NCBI GenBank assembly: GCA_963742735.1
Contig: CAVUMN010000003.1
Span: 192,001 to 256,000, forward strand
DNA: 64,000 bases
Reading direction: 5' to 3'
From: an uncultured Actinomycetes bacterium
Lineage (GTDB): Bacteria; Actinomycetota; UBA4738; JBBDTT01
Numbering within the stretch: position 1 is the stretch's first letter; every line of letters begins with the position of its first letter. A program made the position numbers and the translations under genes. Under the pieces are notes generated by a model. That model saw nothing but the letters and a program-made list of their open reading frames with translations, had not been told where the DNA came from and did no database searches. Of this stretch, positions 21,006 to 29,969 are shown piece by piece.

Positions 21006-23159
21006 TCAGGTTCCCAACGGTTCGAGCTCGATGATCGAGTCGAAGATGCGCAGGCCGAGGTCGCCGTCCTCGTCGAACATGTCGTCGGGGCCGAAGACCA
21101 CCGCGACGATCACGGAGCCGTCGTCGGCCAAGCCGGCGCCGGCGCGCACGTCCCCGCCCGGGTAGTCGTACCAGCGCTTCCGGGGGTTCTCCAGGCTCAG
21201 GAAGAAGTCCGTGTCCGTCCCCAGGCTCTCATCGAAAACCGGCTTGCCCGGGAAGAAGTTGCTGAAGATGTCGATGGTTCCGTCCAGCAGGTCGAACGTC
21301 GCGTCGGCTCGCGGCGGCGACCACCGGAACACGTAGACGCCCGCGTCGTTCGCCTCGCTCACGAACCCGTCGTACCAGCCCGCGGCGAAGTGCTCGCTTC
21401 GCACCCAGTCGGTCGGGCGGCACATGGCCGCGTTCAGGTCCCGCGGCACGTACGCGGAGAGCTCCGGCAGCGCCACCTCGGACTCGCCGGTCGACAGCAG
21501 CCGCCCGTTCACGTACAGCTCGACCCGGTAGGTCCCCTCGCGCAGGCAGCTCGGGGGGAAGCTCGAGGCCAGCCACGACCGCAGGACGAAGAAGCCTCCG
21601 TCGTCCTCCTCGGTGGGGGTCACGACCCCCGACACGTTCGGCAGCGAGGCCCACCCCAGCCCGGAGGGGTCCCGGTAGTACCACTGCTGGCTCACCACGT
21701 CGGTCGCCGCGTCGTAGTTCGGCAGGTCGGCCTGCCACTGCACCTCCGCCGGGAACGCCGCCACGTCGATCGCCCCGATCTCCACGGCGGTCTCGCCGAT
21801 GCCGATCATGCCGAGCGAGGCCGACCCGACGATGAGCTCCTTCAGCTCCTGCACCGGCCCGGCAACGTCCGGCCGAGCCCCCACCAGCAGCTCCAGGTCG
21901 GTGAGCGCGCCCGCCACGTAGAACTGCTCGGTCCCGGGGTCCTGGCGAAGGACCTGCTCGCCGACATCGGAGTAGATCGTCAGGCCGATGGCGTCCTCGT
22001 AGGCCGCACGGGCCTCCTCGACCTCGCCCGTCGCCAGCAGGGCCACGCCCAGGTTGTAGCCGAAGATCGGGTTCCGGGGATTGATCTCCATCGCGCGGCG
22101 CGTGTAGCCCACGCTCCGCTCGAACGGCTCGTCGGAGTCCCCGTTCAGTCCCTCCAGGAACGCGTGGAAGCCGAGGTTCCCCAGGACCGTCTGGTTCTCG
22201 ACCCCCAGCTCCAACGCCTTCTCGAGGTCCCGCGTGGAGGCCTCGAGCGCCTCGGGCGCGATCACGCTGAGGGCCCCCTGCGCCTGCGGCGAGCCGGCGC
22301 CGACGATCGCCTCCGAGCGCTCCTGGTACGCCTGCCCGAACGTCGGACGGAGCTCGATGGCTCGGTCGAAGTCGGCGACGGCCGCCTGGTACTGCGCCCG
22401 GGATCCCGCGGACTGCAGCTTCACATGGCCGCTGGCGAACGCGTCCGCGGCCGTCTCGGACGGCGCCTCGGGCGAGGACGCCGCGACCACCGCCGCCCAC
22501 CCCGAGCCGAGCACCACCAGCGCCAGCCCGAGCCCCGCGAACATCCGCTTGATCCCGAACGTCACCGTCAGCGAGAGGCCGAGCAAGTACAGGGCCACGG
22601 CGAAGAGCGTGAGGATCGCCGTGTACGTCGACTCCTTGCTGCTCCACGCGCCGTCGGCCTCGTTCGCCGCGTCCTGCAGCGCGCGGAGCCGGACGGCCCC
22701 GCGGATGGAGTTGGCGAAGAACTCGGTGGGGAACCCGGGATCCAGCACCGGTCCGTCCGGCCGGTCGGCGGTGATCGCGGTCAGCTCGGCGGTCTGCGTG
22801 GCGAGCTGCTCCCACCGGTCCTGCGCCAGGGTGGCCGTCTGCTCGTATGGCCCGGTCAGGAAGATGAACCGCTGCCGGGCCGACGCCGCCAGCCGGCGCT
22901 GCCGGTCCGCCAGCGCGTAGTTCTCGAAGTCGACCTGGGCGCTCTGCTGCGCGCGCAGCAGCTGGCCCATGGCCTGGGTCGCGTACCGCTGCGCGGCCAC
23001 GCCGGCCGCGCTCGACTGGCGTCCCGCCGAGGTCTGCAGGAACCCCACCACGGCCCCGGCCAGGGTCCCGACGACGATGAGGGTCGCCGCGATCCGAGAG
23101 AAGCGGTCGCGGAGCTCTTCGGAGTCCGGCACGTTGATGTCGGGCGCGTTGCTGCTCAC
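21006..23159 (-). CDS. Membrane protein with TPR repeats and a C-terminal extracytoplasmic domain
   Basis: 3 TMs; TPR patterns YQAAVADFDRAIELRP and YNLGVALLATGEVEEARAAYEDAI; GTGA overlap with the upstream gene. Confidence 0.8.
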   Translation of the reverse strand: MSSNAPDINVPDSEELRDRFSRIAATLIVVGTLAGAVVGFLQTSAGRQSSAAGVAAQRYATQAMGQLLRAQQSAQVDFENYALADRQRRLAASARQRFIFLTGPYEQTATLAQDRWEQLATQTAELTAITADRPDGPVLDPGFPTEFFANSIRGAVRLRALQDAANEADGAWSSKESTYTAILTLFAVALYLLGLSLTVTFGIKRMFAGLGLALVVLGSGWAAVVAASSPEAPSETAADAFASGHVKLQSAGSRAQYQAAVADFDRAIELRPTFGQAYQERSEAIVGAGSPQAQGALSVIAPEALEASTRDLEKALELGVENQTVLGNLGFHAFLEGLNGDSDEPFERSVGYTRRAMEINPRNPIFGYNLGVALLATGEVEEARAAYEDAIGLTIYSDVGEQVLRQDPGTEQFYVAGALTDLELLVGARPDVAGPVQELKELIVGSASLGMIGIGETAVEIGAIDVAAFPAEVQWQADLPNYDAATDVVSQQWYYRDPSGLGWASLPNVSGVVTPTEEDDGGFFVLRSWLASSFPPSCLREGTYRVELYVNGRLLSTGESEVALPELSAYVPRDLNAAMCRPTDWVRSEHFAAGWYDGFVSEANDAGVYVFRWSPPRADATFDLLDGTIDIFSNFFPGKPVFDESLGTDTDFFLSLENPRKRWYDYPGGDVRAGAGLADDGSVIVAVVFGPDDMFDEDGDLGLRIFDSIIELEPLGT

Positions 23160-23959
23160 AGGATCCTCGTCTCGACCAGGGCGAACGCGATGAGCCCGGC
23201 GACGCCCACGGCCACGCCCGCCACCGCGAACAGGCCCCGGATGGCCGCGCCGGCGAACTGAGCGATGGTCAGGAAGAACAGGGCCACGACGACGAGCGTG
23301 AACACGCCGACCAGCCGGACCGTTCGGTCGTGCTCCTCATCGGCGCGGCGGAACGTCGCCTGCGGATCGAGCACCGGCAGGTACTGGTTGTTGGCCTCCA
23401 GGTTGGCCAGGACGAAGTCGCGGTCGTAGGCCACGACCCCTTCGTCGTCGCCGAAGTCGGGGGTGCCTCCCTGGAAGAACCCGCGGAGCGACCGGGCCAG
23501 GGCGAGCTCGCCCTGCGCCTCGGCGGCCAGGGCGTCGGCCAGCTCCTGGTCCTTCCCGCGCTGGGCCTCGGCCTGCTTCTGGAGCAGCCGCCAGGCCAGG
23601 ATGTGCTCCTGGTAGCGGGCGAACAGCCGCTGGTCGTTCGCGACCAGGCCCTCGATCGAGGCCCGCTCCTGCTCCTCCAGGACGAGCTCCTGCGTGCCCT
23701 GCTCGTCCAGGTCGCCCGCCGCGTTCGAGGACACCGACGCGCGCCACGCGACGACCGCTCCCAGGATCGAGGTGACGGCGATGAGGACGGCCACGACGGT
23801 CTTGAACCGGCCGGCGTCGTCCTCGCCGGTGAGGTCCTCGGACGGCGGGACCGGCGGCGGCGCATACGGCGGCTCGGACGACTCGGGAGGCTCGGGAGGC
23901 GGCATCGGACGCTCCAGCCCGAGCTCCTCGGGCGGCACCTCGGGAGGACGGCCGGCCAT
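23156..23959 (-). CDS. Three-TM membrane protein (DUF4337-like), paralogous to the N-terminus of the downstream gene
   Basis: TM, helical loop, then two TMs; RF..VAVLI....GAVV shared with 21006-23159. Confidence 0.75.
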   Translation of the reverse strand: MAGRPPEVPPEELGLERPMPPPEPPESSEPPYAPPPVPPSEDLTGEDDAGRFKTVVAVLIAVTSILGAVVAWRASVSSNAAGDLDEQGTQELVLEEQERASIEGLVANDQRLFARYQEHILAWRLLQKQAEAQRGKDQELADALAAEAQGELALARSLRGFFQGGTPDFGDDEGVVAYDRDFVLANLEANNQYLPVLDPQATFRRADEEHDRTVRLVGVFTLVVVALFFLTIAQFAGAAIRGLFAVAGVAVGVAGLIAFALVETRIL

Positions 23960-26794
23960 CTACAGACCCGGGGGGAGGAGGCCGGTGTAGATGTCGTCCC
24001 CGCCGTTCACGGCGTCCTGCCACGCCAGCCGGAGCCCGGAGAGGGCGGGGAACCCCTGCTGCCCGCGCAACCCCGGGAGGACGTCGTAGGTGGTCCCGGT
24101 TCCGAAGCTGAACAGATACAGGTCGGTGTCGGGCACGGGCAGGCCGCCCGAGCCGAGGTTCTGGGCGACGCTGCCGCCCAGGTTGCCGACGACCTGCCCC
24201 CACACCGCGTACTCGCCGGAGAGCGCGGCCCCGAACGGCGAGGCCTGCTCCGAGAGGACGGCCTCCGTCCCCGACGCCAGGTCGAAGAGCGTGGCGGTGC
24301 CCTGGTAGATCGTCTCGTTGCCGGAGGTGGTCGAGATGGCCAGCACGCGGTCGCCGAACGCTCCGACCGCGAGGACCAGGGACTTCGGCGTTCGCAGCAC
24401 GTTGGGGACCTGTCCCGGCTTCCACACGACGACCTCGCCCGCGGAGGTCCCGATGGCCACCGTCCCCCCGCCGGTGGCGATGGACTCGGGCAGGGTCGAG
24501 ACGGGGTACCGCTCGCGCTGCAGGTTCCCCTCCGGGTCCACGAACGTCATCGTCGAGGATGCCGAGTCGACCCACGCGGCGCCCTCGGCCGATCCGGCCA
24601 CTCCGACGAGCACGCTGTCGCCGTCCACGGTTCCCAGGTCGGTCACGGCCCCGTTCGAGAGGTCGTAGCGGCGCACGACCGGGGGGCTTCCGTTCTGCGC
24701 CGCGATCAGCGCGTCGCCGGCGAAGGCGGCCGAGATCGTGGTGGCCTCGGCGGTTGCGACCGAGGGCTCACCGCCGACCCGCAGGGAGGACGGCTGGGCG
24801 AGCACCCCCTCCGACGCGCCGAAGTCGAGCCACGCGATCCGATCGCCCGAGACCGAGGGGGTCTTCTGCGTGGCGACGGAGGTGGCGATGGCGACGGCGG
24901 GGGTGACCGGCGTCTCCACGCATCCCCGGCAGATGCGGTTCTGGTCGAAGACCTCGCGGGCCACTCGCAGGATCACCGGATCGGCCTGGAGCTCCTGCGC
25001 CGCCTGCTCGATGGCGGTCCGCGCGGCCAGGAACCCGGAGGTGGGGCCGAGGTGTCGCGTGAGGGCGGCGTACACCACCCCGTCGAACGCGCGGGCGAGC
25101 GGCGAGTCGTTTCCGGGCTTGTTGTCGATCTGGGCCAGGCGGGTGCGGATCGACCACAGCGCCTGGTTCCAGATCGCGCTGTTCAGATGGACCCCGCCGT
25201 TGTCCTGGTTGAACCCCAGGAACTTGAACGAGATCGGCATGTCCAGGTAGTAGAGGTAGTCGGCCAGGGTGGCCCCGTTCAGCATGTACCGCTGAGAGAA
25301 CCGGCCCTCCGGGTCGCGGCGGCATACGGGGTTGTCCGCGGCCACGCCGCGGCACCCGTCCTCGTACAGCGAGGCCCCGTCCGTGCCGTTCAACTGGTTG
25401 CCGATCACGTTTCCGAAGTAGTCCGAGAACGACTCGTTCAGGGCCCCCGACTGCCCGCTGTAGATCAGGCCGGCGGTGACATCGGTCACCCCGTGGGTGA
25501 TCTCGTGGCCGGCGGTGTCGATGTCGGTGTCGGTGGCGCTGTACGGGCAGCCGCCCGAGTCGCCGTAGACCATCTGCTCGCCGTTGAAGTAGGCGTTGCA
25601 CGGCAGCTCCATGTTGGCGGTGGAGATGAGCTTGCCGCCCTGCCCGTCCCAGGAGCGGCGAGCGTGCGCCTCCAGGTAGTACTCCAGGACGTAGCGCCCG
25701 TAGGCGTGGGCGGCCAGGGTGTCGGCGTCCAGCCACGGACCGTCCCCCAGCTGGGCGGCGATGGGGCCGGGGAGCGTGTCCTTGCTCGCGGCGGTGCCGT
25801 CGTGGGTCTCGATCGTGGCCGTCCGGCCCTCGCCGGTGGGGTCCACCAGCAGGACCGCCCCGTCGGCGCGACGGGTCCCCACCGCCTGCAGGGGCTGGCC
25901 GAGCGGGCCCGCGCCGGAGACCTCGACGGTCGGAGGGCCGGAGACCTGCCCGAGGACCGACGAACGGAGGCCGCTGATCGCCCGGCCGAGCGCCGAGACC
26001 CGCTCGGCCGAGGCGGGGACGACGGAGAGCACCGTTCCGGTCGCCGCGTCCAGGTAGTAGCGCGCGCTGGCCATCCCCCCCGCGGCGGGGTCGCCCGGCG
26101 CGGTGACGGTGACCTCCCAGGCCAGGGTGCCGCCCTCGGTGTTCGGCATGACCACCAGGCGCAGGTCGCCGACGTTCCCGCCCGAGGCGCGCCGCGCCAG
26201 CGTCCGGGCCCGGTCCCGTCCGATCGTCGGCTCGGGCGGGGGAGCGATGCCGGCGAACGACCGTCCTCGCACCCCGAACACCGCGGGGACCTGTCCCGCC
26301 CGGACGGTGAACACCAGCCGGCCGTCGAGCACGGGAACGCCGCCCGCCCGCTGCTCGCCGATCAGCACGAAGGTGGGGGCGTCCGGGGTCTCACCCTCGG
26401 GTCGCAGGTCCACCTCCGCGCCGGAGATCCCGAACAGATCGCGGCCCGCCCCGTCCAGCAGGCGCCGGGCCACGTCCTCGGGAGCCTCGCCGCCGGCCGA
26501 CTTCAGCGAGCCGCCGGACAGCTGGGCCAGGTAGCCCGTCTCGTCGTCCTGGACGCCCACCCACCCCGAGGAGGTCTCGGCGCGCAGGCGTTCGATGGCC
26601 TCGGTCAGGGACCGCAGCCGGGAGCCGAATTCCTCGGCGGGGACCGATTGCTGGAAGACCGGGGAGGGCACCAGGACCCGCGGGGTGGGATCGTCCCGGC
26701 CGATCAGGCGCTGGTCGGCGCAGGCCGAACCCAGCAGCGACACCGTGAGCAGGGCGACGGCCAGCGAACGAGCGCTCGGGAGTCGTGAGGTCAA
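23960..26794 (-). CDS. M4 (thermolysin-family) metalloprotease lipoprotein with propeptide and C-terminal beta-propeller-like extension
   Basis: NAYFNGEQMVYGD, HEITH, GALNESFSD, DNGGVHLNS; lipobox LGSAC; PepSY-like YYLDAATG. TTG start at 26794 is inferred. Confidence 0.9.
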   Translation of the reverse strand: MTSRLPSARSLAVALLTVSLLGSACADQRLIGRDDPTPRVLVPSPVFQQSVPAEEFGSRLRSLTEAIERLRAETSSGWVGVQDDETGYLAQLSGGSLKSAGGEAPEDVARRLLDGAGRDLFGISGAEVDLRPEGETPDAPTFVLIGEQRAGGVPVLDGRLVFTVRAGQVPAVFGVRGRSFAGIAPPPEPTIGRDRARTLARRASGGNVGDLRLVVMPNTEGGTLAWEVTVTAPGDPAAGGMASARYYLDAATGTVLSVVPASAERVSALGRAISGLRSSVLGQVSGPPTVEVSGAGPLGQPLQAVGTRRADGAVLLVDPTGEGRTATIETHDGTAASKDTLPGPIAAQLGDGPWLDADTLAAHAYGRYVLEYYLEAHARRSWDGQGGKLISTANMELPCNAYFNGEQMVYGDSGGCPYSATDTDIDTAGHEITHGVTDVTAGLIYSGQSGALNESFSDYFGNVIGNQLNGTDGASLYEDGCRGVAADNPVCRRDPEGRFSQRYMLNGATLADYLYYLDMPISFKFLGFNQDNGGVHLNSAIWNQALWSIRTRLAQIDNKPGNDSPLARAFDGVVYAALTRHLGPTSGFLAARTAIEQAAQELQADPVILRVAREVFDQNRICRGCVETPVTPAVAIATSVATQKTPSVSGDRIAWLDFGASEGVLAQPSSLRVGGEPSVATAEATTISAAFAGDALIAAQNGSPPVVRRYDLSNGAVTDLGTVDGDSVLVGVAGSAEGAAWVDSASSTMTFVDPEGNLQRERYPVSTLPESIATGGGTVAIGTSAGEVVVWKPGQVPNVLRTPKSLVLAVGAFGDRVLAISTTSGNETIYQGTATLFDLASGTEAVLSEQASPFGAALSGEYAVWGQVVGNLGGSVAQNLGSGGLPVPDTDLYLFSFGTGTTYDVLPGLRGQQGFPALSGLRLAWQDAVNGGDDIYTGLLPPGL

Positions 26795-26802
26795 GAACGC
26801 TG

Positions 26803-26832
26803 AGTATTCGAGTGGATTGACGGGAATGTCAA
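26803..26832 (-). promoter_or_regulatory. Housekeeping-type promoter for the M4 operon, overlapped by the inverted repeat TTGAC-N6-GTCAA
   Basis: Minus strand TTGACA-N18-AATACT, 8 nt upstream of the TTG start; inverted repeat at 26817-26832. Confidence 0.5.
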
Positions 26833-26928
26833 GGCGGGTGTCCGGGTCCCGCGGACCCGTCCGGCCGCGTTGACGGCCGGGATGGTGGCGGCCAGAATGC
26901 CCGGCGACCGCGACGTCGAGGAGGACGC

Positions 26929-28137
26929 ATGGACTGTCCCTCATGCAGGACGGCGAACCCCGAGTCGGCCTCCTTCTGCTTCAAGTGCGGAACCGCCCTG
27001 CGCGGCGCGGACGCCTCGAGGTACGGCCGCGGGGGGGCCTACGCCGCGTCGGCGTCGGAGAACGTGACCCAGCTCGCGTTGATCTCCACGATCATGCCCC
27101 ACACCTCTCGCCGGGTGGCGGACAACTACCGGTGGGCACTCCTGGTGACGAGCGTGATCGTGGTCGGGCTGACCCTGGCGGGGATCCTCCCGGCGGCGAT
27201 CCTGGCGGCCGCGTTCCTGGTCCCCCTCACGTACCTCGTCTACATCTACGACGTGAACCTGTGGGAGGACGCTCCGGGGCCGGTCACCGCCGGGCTGTTC
27301 GTGTTCACCGGCCTGCTGGCGGTGGGCGTCTCGCTGGTGTTCTTCCGCTGGGTGTTCGACGGGCAGTTCCACCAGCTGGGGGCCACCGCGGGGGGCGGTC
27401 GCACGGGACTCGGGACGACGTTTCCCCTCGTCCCCATCCTGATCTTCGCCGTCCTGCTGCCCATCGTCTCGGAGGTCGCGAAGCAGCTCGGCCCGCTCGT
27501 CCTGGCGGCGCGGCCCCAGTTCGACGACATGGTGGACGGGCTTACCTTCGGCATCGCGTCGGGCGCCGCCTACGCCGCGTTGGAGACCGTGATCGTGTTC
27601 CTCCCGGTGTTCACCTCCGGTCAGCTGCGGACGACCGACAACCTCATGTTCTGGCTGTTCATCGTGCTGAACCAGATGGTGGTGAAGTCGCTCATCTACG
27701 GGACCGCCACCGGGATCGCCGTGGCGCAGTACTCGGGGCTCGGCGAGGGGTACGACGGCCTCACCAAGCGGTACTACCGGTCGTTCGCGTTCGCCGCGCT
27801 GGCGAACATCGTCTACTGGCTGGGCGTCCACATCCTGGCCCGTGCCCCGTTCGGCGTGGCGCTCGGGCTCCTGTGGGGGCTGATCGTGCTGGCCTTCCTG
27901 GTCATCCGGGTCCGTATCATGCTGCACACCGCGCTGCTGGAGGCGGCCGTGGAGGACGCGGCGCGGGAGGCGGGCGGAAAGCGCGCCACGGGGGCGTCGG
28001 GCGGGTTCTGCCCGGAGTGTGAGATGCCGCTGCTGCCCGGGGCCCTGTTCTGCATCGTGTGCGGGACCTCGGTCCGCGCCGCCTCGCACGTGGCCCAGCG
28101 AGGGCTCCGTGGACCGAGCGAGGGAGGTGCGGCGTGA
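26929..28137 (+). CDS. Zinc-ribbon / PrsW-like intramembrane protein
   Basis: CPSC..FCFKCG at the N-terminus, CPEC..FCIVCG at the C-terminus; SEVAK, DGLTFG..SGAAYAALE; GGAGG RBS. Confidence 0.8.
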   Translation: MDCPSCRTANPESASFCFKCGTALRGADASRYGRGGAYAASASENVTQLALISTIMPHTSRRVADNYRWALLVTSVIVVGLTLAGILPAAILAAAFLVPLTYLVYIYDVNLWEDAPGPVTAGLFVFTGLLAVGVSLVFFRWVFDGQFHQLGATAGGGRTGLGTTFPLVPILIFAVLLPIVSEVAKQLGPLVLAARPQFDDMVDGLTFGIASGAAYAALETVIVFLPVFTSGQLRTTDNLMFWLFIVLNQMVVKSLIYGTATGIAVAQYSGLGEGYDGLTKRYYRSFAFAALANIVYWLGVHILARAPFGVALGLLWGLIVLAFLVIRVRIMLHTALLEAAVEDAAREAGGKRATGASGGFCPECEMPLLPGALFCIVCGTSVRAASHVAQRGLRGPSEGGAA

Positions 28138-29123
28138 GCACCGAGCCCCCCACCCCGCCCACGGGCCCCACTCCGCCGAGCCCTCCTCCCGTCCCGACCC
28201 CGCCTCCGACGCCCCCGACCCCGCCCCCGGCACCGACGCCCCCTCCGGCTCCGACGCCGCCCCCGACGCCTGCCCCCACCCCCGCGCCCACTCCGCCGGC
28301 GGCTCCCGCCACCCCGGCCCCCACGGCCACGACCCAGGTCCTCCCGCCCGCCGCGCCGCCCCCGGTCCCCCCCGCCGCGGCGGGTGTGCCGCCCGCCGGG
28401 CCTCCGGGCGCCGGAGTGCCCGGCAGGGGGAAGACGATCGCGTTGATCGTCGGCGGGGTGGTCGGCCTCGCCGCGATCGGCCTCGTCCTGTGGCTCGTCC
28501 TGGGTGGGAAGGACGAGCCCAAGACGACGACGACGCTGCCGACGCCGTCGGGGACCCTGGCCCCCTCACCCGTCTCGACCGGGACGATCGTCCCGACGAC
28601 GTCGCCGACGAGCTCGCCGACGACCCCGGCGACGACGGAGCCCCCGCCGCCTCCGCCCGGGGAGAGCGTGACGATCGGCGGGCACACGCAGGTCCCGGTT
28701 CCCGAGGGGTGGCAGGTCCTCGGCTCCAACGAGGATGCCGTGGAGATGGCCGACGACAAGAACGACTACTACTTCGCCCAGATCGAGCACGGCGTGGACC
28801 CGTCCGGGGACGCCGCCGCCGGCATCGGCCAGGTCGTCGACCAGCTCCTGGCCGAGGGCTACAGCCAGGTCGAGACCATCGATCCGCAGTCGTTCCAGCC
28901 GTTCGGGGGGTTGGTGAGCGTGGCCCGCGTCGACTATCGCGGCATCTGGAGCAACCAGCAGGGCTCGTTCGAGGTGCAGGGATTCATCGTGCTGGCGATC
29001 CGCCAGGACGGTGAGGCCCTCGTCTCGATGGTCGAGGGCACGCCGCCGGATGCGTTCGGGGAGAACGAGCCGTTCTGGCAGCCGGTGACCGTGGGGACCC
29101 TGAGCAGCTTCGCGGGGGCCTGA
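28134..29123 (+). CDS. Pro/Thr-rich single-TM membrane protein with an extracytoplasmic domain
   Basis: PTPP repeats, TM IALIVGGVVGLAAIGLVLWLVL, then VPEGW...; GTGA overlap with the upstream gene. Confidence 0.8.
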   Translation: MSTEPPTPPTGPTPPSPPPVPTPPPTPPTPPPAPTPPPAPTPPPTPAPTPAPTPPAAPATPAPTATTQVLPPAAPPPVPPAAAGVPPAGPPGAGVPGRGKTIALIVGGVVGLAAIGLVLWLVLGGKDEPKTTTTLPTPSGTLAPSPVSTGTIVPTTSPTSSPTTPATTEPPPPPPGESVTIGGHTQVPVPEGWQVLGSNEDAVEMADDKNDYYFAQIEHGVDPSGDAAAGIGQVVDQLLAEGYSQVETIDPQSFQPFGGLVSVARVDYRGIWSNQQGSFEVQGFIVLAIRQDGEALVSMVEGTPPDAFGENEPFWQPVTVGTLSSFAGA

Positions 29124-29159
29124 GAGGCCCGGGAGCGAGCTTGGGGGGCACGATCGGGC

Positions 29160-29186
29160 TCAAGTCCGGCGTATCGGGCGCCGATA
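29160..29186 (+). promoter_or_regulatory. Sigma28/WhiG-type promoter
   Basis: TCAAG-tccggcgtatcgggc(15)-GCCGATA, 16 nt upstream of ATG 29203. Confidence 0.8.
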
Positions 29187-29202
29187 CGGGGCTAAGGCCC
29201 AC

Positions 29203-29871
29203 ATGACGAGCACTGCTGCCTCTCTCACTGCGCTCTACGTCGGTGGCCACACGTTGTCTCGCGATGCCATGCGGACGGCCCTGGCCCACGGCGGTATCAG
29301 GCTGTCCACCGCGGTGTCCATCCCCGACGCGCTCGAACGGATCGAATCCGAGGGCCCCTTCCAGGTGGCCCTCGTGGACGACGACGGGCTCGGCGAGCGC
29401 CTGGCGCTCGAGGCGATCGATACCCTGGTGACCCTGGACGCGTGTCCCGTCGCGGTCATCTCCGCGAGCCGTTCGCCCGTGTTCCCCGCGGACGCCGTCC
29501 GGGCCGGCGCCTCGGGCTACCTCTCGAAGGAGACCGGCCTCGAGGAGCTCAGCCAGGCCATCCAGAGGATCTCCGAGGGCCTGGTCGTCGTGGACCCGAT
29601 GGTGACCCGGACGCTCCTGGGCATCCTGGGCCCGCAGGGCGTCGCCGAGTCGACGAACGGGTCGAGCGCCCCAGGACCCCACCTCACCCCGGTCGAGCGA
29701 CGGGTCCTGGTGCTCGTTGCGGAGGGCAAGGTCAACAAGCAGATCGGCGCCTCCCTGGGGTTGTCGCCGCTCACCGTGAAGAACCACCTCGCCCGCATCC
29801 GGGCGCGCCTCGGCGCGGGGGACAAGGCCCAGGCCGTCGCCATCGCGTTGCGTTCCGGGCTGCTCGACTAG
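29203..29871 (+). CDS. Atypical orphan LuxR-family response regulator, WhiI-like
   Basis: Receiver lacks the first acidic pair (YVGGH in place of VDDH); HTH LVAEG..NKQIG.SLGLSPLTVKNHLARI...LG.GD.A.AVAIALR.G. Confidence 0.85.
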   Translation: MTSTAASLTALYVGGHTLSRDAMRTALAHGGIRLSTAVSIPDALERIESEGPFQVALVDDDGLGERLALEAIDTLVTLDACPVAVISASRSPVFPADAVRAGASGYLSKETGLEELSQAIQRISEGLVVVDPMVTRTLLGILGPQGVAESTNGSSAPGPHLTPVERRVLVLVAEGKVNKQIGASLGLSPLTVKNHLARIRARLGAGDKAQAVAIALRSGLLD

Positions 29872-29896
29872 CGGCCGAAGGGCCAAAACGAGGGGG

Positions 29897-29925
29897 TTGA
29901 CCGACTCCGGAACGGCAAGTAAGTT
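29897..29925 (+). promoter_or_regulatory. Housekeeping sigma70-type promoter for the sulfatase gene
   Basis: TTGACC-N17-TAAGTT. Confidence 0.65.
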
Positions 29926-29969
29926 CGGGTGATGCGCTCCATCGCCCTGGTGCCCGCTTCCCCGATCCG

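Noticed and set aside
23330-26788. 1152-aa plus-strand ORF and similar long antisense ORFs (368-2314, 12137-14335, 29868-32126, 59740-62133)
   Set aside because: Arg/Gly/Pro-rich and motif-free, opposite well-supported genes; stop-codon scarcity artefacts.
28140-28330. CRISPR-like or DNA-level repeat array
   Set aside because: Degenerate coding Pro-Thr low-complexity linker; no constant repeat with unique spacers anywhere in the window.
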